From the sequence record DRR723986_6148: DNA of 35,552 bases; one strand, 5' to 3'. Under the pieces are notes generated by a model that saw nothing but the letters and a program-made list of their open reading frames with translations, was not told where the DNA came from and did no database searches. A program made the translations under genes and the position numbers. Numbering within the stretch: position 1 is the first letter of the stretch; every line of letters starts with the position of its first letter. Below, piece by piece: positions 28,901 through 35,552 of the stretch.

Positions 28901-30014
28901 TAATCTGGATGTCTGCGGCAGCGGCATCTGGGTTGTTAATCCGGAAGACATTGGAACGAACCGGTTCAGTGATATACAAAGCATCATCAGGCCCAAGCGC
29001 CAAATTGGCCAGTCCTGGGTACTCATATTCCCAGACCGGATCTGATGCGTCGTATTCAACTTTTATGAGCTCTTTGCCGGAAGCCTGCAGATCAAGACTG
29101 TTAATATCGTATTGCCAAACCCGCAGAACGCCCTTGTCACCATCTTTCACAAACTCAGTTGTATACAGCCTTTGGCTGCCAGGTGAGAACGCAACAGCAT
29201 GTGCGCGTTTGTTAATCTCGTCAATCGGATCACTGACAATTCCAGTTGAGTTGTCAAACTGATATAATTCAACTTTGTTTGCGTTAATCGCTGCCATGGC
29301 CAGGTTATTGCCATCAGGTGATAGTTTAAGCATTCCTTCTGCAGGTGAAATAAAGTCATAACCTACAGAACTTGTGACGACCTCACTTACAGAATTCCCT
29401 GTCACTTCAAAAGCCAGGAAGTCATCACCGTGCAAGGAGTGCCCAACCAGCCAGTAACTTCTTTGTTTAAAACTGTGAATTGCCGTCAGGCTCTCCATGG
29501 TAGAGTCTTTGTATAATCCTTTGCCTTTGTACAAGGCCATATAACCACCACGCCCATCATCTTTATCCAGGTCATATATGCCGTAGTACATACCAAAAGC
29601 ATGCCTCTGCCAATGTCTGTAGTGTTTATCATCTGCCACAAAGACAAAATAGCGTCGTGGACAAACGGTCGGCAACATTACCAGGCCTTTTTTAACATTA
29701 GTGTCGCTAATCGCATGTCTGGAAATATAGCTGCCGGGACCGTTTTCATGATTCCAGATGCGCCAGCTGCCCATATAACACAAGAGTTCCCCACTTACAG
29801 GATCAGTGACGGCACTGGAGAGCCCCATTTGATGCGCCTGGTTGTGTTGTATCGCGTCAATCTGCGGCAGCCCTGAGTTAAAATCCATGCGGATGCCATT
29901 CCCAAAAACCCAAACTTTGTTGTTAAAGTCCTGGGCACACATGTGTTCCAAATTCAAGAAACATACCAAGACAAAACACACAAGTACAAGACTGCAATCT
30001 CGAAATACGCGCAT
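25995..30014 (-). CDS. T9SS type A-sorted surface protein: beta-propeller + 9 Ig-like repeats + cohesin-like domain + CTD
   Basis: GAGGT SD before ATG at 30014; signal peptide; motifs WVFGNG, LKLSPDG, FSPGS, LALGPD; repeats ICxG..ASGG.Y.WSP..GLDDP; CTD LMQNAPNPV...DQLGRVL...GQYRYTL. Confidence 0.88.
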   Translation of the reverse strand: MRVFRDCSLVLVCFVLVCFLNLEHMCAQDFNNKVWVFGNGIRMDFNSGLPQIDAIQHNQAHQMGLSSAVTDPVSGELLCYMGSWRIWNHENGPGSYISRHAISDTNVKKGLVMLPTVCPRRYFVFVADDKHYRHWQRHAFGMYYGIYDLDKDDGRGGYMALYKGKGLYKDSTMESLTAIHSFKQRSYWLVGHSLHGDDFLAFEVTGNSVSEVVTSSVGYDFISPAEGMLKLSPDGNNLAMAAINANKVELYQFDNSTGIVSDPIDEINKRAHAVAFSPGSQRLYTTEFVKDGDKGVLRVWQYDINSLDLQASGKELIKVEYDASDPVWEYEYPGLANLALGPDDALYITEPVRSNVFRINNPDAAAADIQITSLATPAGTHCGDSFVSQYYGGRVFYKAGLKLEVNAQLSGRLNICRGDTAELNTQNNSPGKFEWRPKEGLSHPDSSSTKATPQQTTTYYFRYESECDFAYDSVTVKVSDRPGLRVSSPAALCGQGSVQLTAEGAERYVWDPREGLDTWNGPTPIASPDKTTTYTVYGQVGLNCLDSAKVEVVVLEQPEFDLGPDLTVCAGDRVQLTAAGGSEYRWWPDEEISDVNSPTPWITPTQDRMYYVEVTNAGGCARIDSIMVQIGAEVQLPQGLTYTICRGSEVHLQLNGPEGKYSWSPVDGLDDPNVKQPLASPAKTTIYTVRLESSCGVAEAQFEVRVIEKPSANLQPITICAGQSVELNPEGDDAFEYRWDDHPDIPDRSAKSPRVQPAQSTNYYVTIGSGDCTVRGSLRVEVLESAELMVGPDVQICAGSSTLLTVDGADEYLWSPAEGLSDARSATPTAAPQRTTMYYVRGKIGDACEALDSVLVEIIPGDRVLPDPLEPRVCSGESVQLNLTSDVLLESVRWSPATGLNNPNIVNPMATLSATQEFTVEYTTVEGCSGSLAVRVLVGDVPQLTVDRELVQVCVGGDSEIGAQVTAAGAESYEWFDASGTLVNNTAVWDIPASQPEGAYRLVGRDAAGCSSELWINIEHLPAPTAQAHDSYHICAGESVRLSASGGTRYVWSPGTGLDDPSSATPLATPQAGIDYSVRVFNELGCSDRAGVRVDVDPRARVHLSAPNVDGPLLPGDEVELLLAVELFGDAGDFNRQAFELELAYPPAALSLLRFEPLNTNELAGWELRAEETLVAGSIILSGRSTGAPLPRSFVLSLRMRLLVFNSAEPVVQAAIIAADLGGFVNCDVIKSDVAVQLEELCVLSSWDIVYAGTQFGLMQNAPNPVDAQTQIVYSLGFDTEVVLLLTDQLGRVLRTLVQERQSAGVYTVDVSTAELSRGQYRYTLRAGPFNASRLLIVQ

Positions 30015-30404
30015 ACCCACACCTCAGACGTGCATTCTCACGCGCTACACTTCAGTGCAACGCGCCTGTTAGGAAATCAACTGGGTGTTTAGCCCGGCTA
30101 GTGCAAAAATCGCCTAGGGTCCTGTGGGCGCAGGACCGTGATCTTGGTAAAGATTTTTTGCAATATTGGGCGGAATTTGGCACCGATTCAGATCGGGCTA
30201 CCATAATGACACAACTATCTTAAAAGCATCCCTGTTTGAGGCGCTCCTCACCGCCTGCGGCGGTGCAGCTCTTATGTAGAAGCCACGCGCCACTGATGTA
30301 GTCTGGAATGCAATCGAGATATCAGAACGCGAGAATAGCCTACAGCTACAGAGAATCCAGGTGTTCAGGTGAATGCCGCAAGGACAGGCTCAACCAAAAA
30401 AAGC

Positions 30405-32477
30405 TCAATCAAAAAAGGCCCAGGTGACGCCCAGGCGAATCACAGTTTGCTGCTGCGGATACACGGGAACATAATACCAGGTCTGCCCCAACACATTCTG
30501 GAACATGGCTTTAACAACGGCATTGCCCAGGTAGGCAAAACCATACACATCAATGCCGGCTGAGTTCGGATTGGATTCAACCTGTGAGTTAACATCCGAC
30601 CAGGTAAGCGGATCAAACTGTTGACCTTCAAAACCGCTCAGGCCACGTGTGCGCGCTCCAACTTTAACACGGCTTCTGCCAAAAACGAATTCGCGCTCAA
30701 TGCGCACGCCACCGTACACGGCCGGAAAGTGCGAATCGGATTGACTGTCGGTCTGGCTGAGCTGCAGCATCGCAAATGGTTCAATCGAAAAACCAAAGAG
30801 GTTCATGGCAGCAACGGCGTGCACACCCGCCACCTGCTCGGTAGAAAGGTTAACATGTTCAACGCCGGTGATATTTTCGTCGCCGTCAAGTGTATATGCC
30901 GCACTAATTGGGTTGTCAACGCGGCGGAAAAAACCTGTGAAACGCGCGGAGTAACTGCCGTCACTCCACTCGGCGCTTAAGAGGCCGAGCAGATGCTGTT
31001 CGGCATCCAGCTCAAAACCTTCGGCAGCGGTAGCACGACGAACTCCGCGTGAGACATCGGCAAACAGGTTCCAGCGACGGCTGACCTGGCTGCCCAAACG
31101 GCCGCCGACATTAACAAATGCCTGTCCATCCTGAAGCGTAATGCGCATTCCGCCACTGACATCCAGCGCTTTACCGGGATTAAACTGCAGTAAACCATAC
31201 CCTGCCAAGCGCGATTCAGCTGCGGAGCCTGTATAGGGGCCGGACTCAGCTTCCTGATACTCAATGTCACCACCAACCGTAATTGCGGCAGCGCCAAAGT
31301 TTTGATCCAGGAAACCATTCACACCGTAACGGCGCGAAGCAAAGTTGCTGATGCGCGTGTCGTTATCTTCACCAAAGCGACGTTCAGAGAAGTCCCACTC
31401 AGCTTCTGTGGCATAGAGGGCCAACTGCGCAATTGAACTGCTATCGGCACGCAAAAGTACGCTGGATGTTAAGGTCAGGTCATGTCGCACGGCCCGTTCA
31501 TCCAGGTTGTCAAAAATTACAGCAGCGGAAACCGGATCACCGATGTCGCTGGAATTGGCAACATCAACTCCACCATTCACATCTGTCTGGTGGTTCGTAA
31601 AGTTTTCAGTCAAAGAGATGTTTAAGCGTTCGTTAACATTCCAGCGCAACAAGAAGCGCACATTCCAGGCATCAACTTCAAAGTTGTTAAATGTACCTTC
31701 GCCACCGAGGCTGCGCCACCCGAGGCTCATAGTCCAGTCTCGCGCCAGATTGCGGCTGTAGACGCCGTCAATCACAAGCAGGCCGTTGCCGCCCTGTGAA
31801 TACAGGAGACGCGTGTAGGGCACATCCGTATTGTAGCGAATTTCCTGCATGTTAATCGCGGCGCCCATCGCCTGATCGTGCAGAATCATAGCATTGGAGC
31901 CCACAAACACCTGCGCCTGTTCCATAAATTCAGGCGGAAAATAGGCCAGGTTGGCGCTACCAAAAGCGACGTCATTCAGATCACGTCCATTAAACATCAA
32001 GCCGACGTCACGCCGGTCACCGCCAAAAAACGACAGTCCATTATTTTGTCCGGCATACCCCAAATCCAGCGGCCACACGGGCAGCGTTTGCGCCAGCAAT
32101 TCGGACAGGTCATCGTAGATCAGGTTAAGTGTCTGATGTTTTGAAACTGAGCGGTAGGCAGCTTCGGGTCGGGTCGGCACCAGCGCTCCGTGGGTCTTGA
32201 GCGGCAGAATTGGTGGCAACACCTGAACGGAATCCGGCGCCTGCGCCAATGTGTCAACTGTGAGGGAATCAACTTTGATTGAATCAACCCGGCTGGAGTC
32301 GGCGGGAACGCTGTTAACGGGCACATCCGTACTGCCGCCGGCACCGTTTTGTGCTGCAGCCGTGGAGAGTGTTAACAGTGTGAACAAGAATAAAACAACA
32401 ACACCGCCGAGTCCGAAGGGACCGGCGGCGTGTGAATATTGAGCTAAGGTGGCAAACCCGGAGAGTATGCGCTGCAT
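30405..32477 (-). CDS. Outer-membrane barrel with TonB-receptor-like plug ('putative porin' type)
   Basis: Signal peptide; plug-like segment (LMFNGRDLND...NLAYFPPEFMEQAQVFVG); beta-strands; C-terminal IRLGVTWAFFD. Confidence 0.75.
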   Translation of the reverse strand: MQRILSGFATLAQYSHAAGPFGLGGVVVLFLFTLLTLSTAAAQNGAGGSTDVPVNSVPADSSRVDSIKVDSLTVDTLAQAPDSVQVLPPILPLKTHGALVPTRPEAAYRSVSKHQTLNLIYDDLSELLAQTLPVWPLDLGYAGQNNGLSFFGGDRRDVGLMFNGRDLNDVAFGSANLAYFPPEFMEQAQVFVGSNAMILHDQAMGAAINMQEIRYNTDVPYTRLLYSQGGNGLLVIDGVYSRNLARDWTMSLGWRSLGGEGTFNNFEVDAWNVRFLLRWNVNERLNISLTENFTNHQTDVNGGVDVANSSDIGDPVSAAVIFDNLDERAVRHDLTLTSSVLLRADSSSIAQLALYATEAEWDFSERRFGEDNDTRISNFASRRYGVNGFLDQNFGAAAITVGGDIEYQEAESGPYTGSAAESRLAGYGLLQFNPGKALDVSGGMRITLQDGQAFVNVGGRLGSQVSRRWNLFADVSRGVRRATAAEGFELDAEQHLLGLLSAEWSDGSYSARFTGFFRRVDNPISAAYTLDGDENITGVEHVNLSTEQVAGVHAVAAMNLFGFSIEPFAMLQLSQTDSQSDSHFPAVYGGVRIEREFVFGRSRVKVGARTRGLSGFEGQQFDPLTWSDVNSQVESNPNSAGIDVYGFAYLGNAVVKAMFQNVLGQTWYYVPVYPQQQTVIRLGVTWAFFD

Positions 32478-32480
32478 GGT

Positions 32481-35105
32481 TTAATTGGCGTCGTCGGCAT
32501 CGGAGTTTTCAGCATCCGCATCACCACTCTCGCCATCGCTGTCTTCACCCGCATCGTCTGAAGCATCGCTGTTGCCTTCACCGTCTTCTGCTGTGGTCTG
32601 GCCATCAGCATCATCGGATTCAGCCACAATTACTTCACCTGTTTCGGGATCAATCAGCGCCTCGTCATTGGTTTCTTCTTCTTCGCCGGGAACGACGGTA
32701 ATATCTGCAATTGAGTCGCCATCGTCAAGACGAATCAAGCGAACACCCTGGGTGTTGCGTCCGATAACTCGAATCTCACTAACGTCCAGGCGGATCATAA
32801 TTCCGCGCGTCGTCATGATCATCAAATCTTCGGTGCCGTCAACAACACGAACCGCCAGCACGTCACCGGCCTTGTCGGTCCGTGCCATCGAGATGATACC
32901 TTTGGCGCCGCGTTTGGTTTTGCGGAATTCATCCAGGCGGCTGCGTTTACCCATGCCGGTTTCCGAGACAACCAGAACTTCGAGTTCTTCGCTGTTGGCC
33001 ACTGTCATCGAGACAACTTCATCACCATCCATCAGGCTGATGCCGCGCACACCAACGGCTGTACGGCCCATGGCACGCACATCTTTTTCGTGGAAGCGGC
33101 AGGCAATTCCGTGTTTGGTACCGATCACAACGTCGTAGCTACCATCGGTAATCCGTGCGTTGATCAGGCTATCGTCTTCGTTAAGCCCAAGTGCAATAAT
33201 GCCGTAGGTTTTAACGCGTGAGAATGCGGACAGCGGAGTTTTCTTGGTAACGCCGGTTTTGGTTGTCATCATGACAAAACGCTCGTCGTCAAACTCTTTG
33301 ACCGGCAGAACGGTTGTGAGTTTCTCGTCGCTGGCGATTTTAATCACGTTGGCAATCGAGCGGCCTTTGGATGTTTTGCTGCCTTCGGGCAGTTCGAATA
33401 CACGCACGCAGTATGCACGGCCACGGTCCGTAAACAGCAGTAAATAGCTGTGTGAGTGTGCCTGGAAGATGTATTCAATGTAGTCGTCACTACGCGATTT
33501 TGCACCGCTGGCACCGCGACCACCGCGTCCCTGTTGGCGGTATTCGGAAAGCGCTGTGCGCTTCATGAAACCGTGGTGCGAGATCGTAATGATCATGTCT
33601 TCTTCGGCAATCAGCTCAGCAAGGGTGAAGTCTTTGCCGTCGTGCACAATCGATGTGCGGCGCTCATCGCCAAATTTATCGCGCAAGAGACGCAATTCGG
33701 CTGCAATTGCTTCCATCTGTAGTTCTGGGCTGGCCAGAAGGGCGCGCAGCCCCTCGATTGTTTCAATCAGCTGACGATATTCGGCTTCGATTTTATCGCG
33801 TTCCAGGCCGGTCAGGCGCTGCAGACGCATTTCCAGAATGGCTTTGGCCTGAATGGCGCTGAGTTCAAAACGTTCCTGCAAACGCTGCGATGCTGTCGGA
33901 GCATCGGCTGAAGCGCGGATAGTCTCAATGACTTCATCGATATGATCGAGGGCCTTGAGCAGACCTTCCAGGATATGAGCGCGCTTTTCAGCTTCTGCCA
34001 GGTCAAACTTGGTTTTACGCACCAGAACTTCATTGCGGAAAGCCACGAAGTGCTGCAGAATCTCACGCAGTTCGAGTACACGCGGACGCCCATTAACCAG
34101 GGCGAGCATAATGACGCCGAAGGTGGTTTGCAGGGATGTGTGCTTGTAGAGGTTGTTAAGAACTACGTCGCCGGAGGCGCCACGTTTAAGTTCAATTACA
34201 ATCCTGAGGCCGTCGCGGTCGGATTCATCGCGAATATCAGAGATGTCGATAAGGCGCTTATCGCGCACCATATCGGCCATTTTTTCAATCAGGCTGGCTT
34301 TGTTAACCTGATAAGGCAGTTCGTTGACAATGATGCGCTCGCGATCATTCGGCATGTCTTCGGTATGTGCCTTGGCACGCACGATAACTTTGCCGCGACC
34401 GGTCAGATAGGCATCACGCACGGCGCTGTAGCCGTGGATAATTCCACCTGTCGGGAAATCCGGCGCCGTGATGTATTCCATCAGCTCTTCGCTGGTGATG
34501 TCCGGATTTTCAATCATGGCCAGCAGGCCATTGACAACCTCGGTGAGGTTGTGCGGCGGAATATTCGTAGCCATACCAACTGCGATACCACCGGCGCCAT
34601 TAATCAGCAGCAGTGGTGCGACTGTGGGCATTACCTGCGGTTCTTCGAGAGATTCATCGAAGTTGGGACGGAAGTCAACGGTGTCTTTGTCCAGATCGCG
34701 CAGCACTTCGGAGGCAATCGTGGCCATGCGCGCTTCTGTATAACGCATAGCGGCCGGCGAGTCACCATCTACGGAACCGAAGTTCCCCTGCCCGTCGACG
34801 AGCGGATAACGCAATGACCACTCCTGGGCCATACGCACCATGGCGTCGTAGACAGCTCCATCTCCGTGCGGGTGATATTTACCGAGGACTTCCCCGACAA
34901 TACGCGCACATTTCTTGTACGGACGCGAAGGTCCAAGGGACAGCTCCTGCATACCGTATAGAATACGACGGTGCACAGGTTTTAAACCATCACGCACATC
35001 GGGCAGCGCCCTGGAAACAATCACGGACATGGAGTAATCGAGATACGAGCTACGCATCTCTTCTTCCATCAAAACCGGAATAATCCGCTCGGTGTTCTCA
35101 GCCAT
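32481..35105 (-). CDS. gyrA: DNA gyrase subunit A
   Basis: [22 protein letters not shown], catalytic AAMRYTE, GyrA-box-like QGRGGRG, beta-pinwheel repeats, acidic tail. Confidence 0.97.
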   Translation of the reverse strand: MAENTERIIPVLMEEEMRSSYLDYSMSVIVSRALPDVRDGLKPVHRRILYGMQELSLGPSRPYKKCARIVGEVLGKYHPHGDGAVYDAMVRMAQEWSLRYPLVDGQGNFGSVDGDSPAAMRYTEARMATIASEVLRDLDKDTVDFRPNFDESLEEPQVMPTVAPLLLINGAGGIAVGMATNIPPHNLTEVVNGLLAMIENPDITSEELMEYITAPDFPTGGIIHGYSAVRDAYLTGRGKVIVRAKAHTEDMPNDRERIIVNELPYQVNKASLIEKMADMVRDKRLIDISDIRDESDRDGLRIVIELKRGASGDVVLNNLYKHTSLQTTFGVIMLALVNGRPRVLELREILQHFVAFRNEVLVRKTKFDLAEAEKRAHILEGLLKALDHIDEVIETIRASADAPTASQRLQERFELSAIQAKAILEMRLQRLTGLERDKIEAEYRQLIETIEGLRALLASPELQMEAIAAELRLLRDKFGDERRTSIVHDGKDFTLAELIAEEDMIITISHHGFMKRTALSEYRQQGRGGRGASGAKSRSDDYIEYIFQAHSHSYLLLFTDRGRAYCVRVFELPEGSKTSKGRSIANVIKIASDEKLTTVLPVKEFDDERFVMMTTKTGVTKKTPLSAFSRVKTYGIIALGLNEDDSLINARITDGSYDVVIGTKHGIACRFHEKDVRAMGRTAVGVRGISLMDGDEVVSMTVANSEELEVLVVSETGMGKRSRLDEFRKTKRGAKGIISMARTDKAGDVLAVRVVDGTEDLMIMTTRGIMIRLDVSEIRVIGRNTQGVRLIRLDDGDSIADITVVPGEEEETNDEALIDPETGEVIVAESDDADGQTTAEDGEGNSDASDDAGEDSDGESGDADAENSDADDAN

Positions 35106-35552
35106 ACTGTACTGTTAGGGTTTTGCGAGGGATCACCAGCCGCATAACAAGAGCCCGTCGCGGCCGCGATCTTAATCGGGAGAATGGAGATAAAAAATTC
35201 AAAGCAAGCCGTAAGATAAGCAATTTTGAGCACTTTTTAGGCCAGTAAATTCAGACTGCCGCAATTGTCCGAGCCTGCCGCAGCAGAGAGCTGGCAATAT
35301 GTTATCATTTCTCAATTTTTGGTCGGCCTCGCAGCCGTTTTGTTCAGGTGTGGCGCACGCGCTGCGGGCTGGTAATTTGGGGGTGGACCGGCGGCGGGTT
35401 TATGCAAAAGGTGCGTGGTTTAACTGGCCAGATGCTTGAGAGTGTTGTGGCCGGTGCGACAGATTTTTGGGTGCATCAGGGGACAGATTTTTGGTTTGTT
35501 TGGGACTGAAAATCGGTTCTTCTTGAGAATCAATGGGTCCGCCCATGCCCAC

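Noticed and set aside
30249..30265. Hairpin CACCGCC-TGC-GGCGGTG
   Set aside because: No U-tract on either strand and no second copy noticed in the window; not enough to call a terminator or REP.
32485..34817. Long plus-strand ORFs (217 aa and 291 aa) within gyrA
   Set aside because: Antisense shadows of a highly conserved gene.

Overview
Bacterial chromosomal window of roughly 50-60% GC. It most likely comes from an FCB-group organism outside Bacteroidia (Kapabacteria/Ignavibacteria/Rhodothermota-like); this is inferred from T9SS-type C-terminal domains, a Bacteroidota-type 'putative porin', and clear Shine-Dalgarno sites on several genes. About 15 credible CDS, all on the minus strand except one TPR-like protein. 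Left to right: two tandem paralogous outer-membrane beta-barrels, an alanine-glyoxylate-type aminotransferase, a FAD/Fe-S 2-hydroxyacid oxidoreductase, two orphan proteins divergent from a ~524-aa helical-repeat putative regulator, two T9SS-sorted beta-propeller/Ig-repeat surface proteins, a SpoU/TrmH RNA methyltransferase with long disordered tails, DUF420, a membrane 4Fe-4S protein, typA, a third T9SS paralogue, a plug-containing OM barrel, and gyrA. No rRNA, tRNA, CRISPR or transposase was seen. The most notable unexplained signals are a ~3-4x excess of the palindrome TTAA/GTTAAC that vanishes in one gene block, the three modular T9SS proteins, the charge-polarised tails of the methyltransferase, Gly at the GyrA Ser83 position, and two candidate small RNAs flanking typA.
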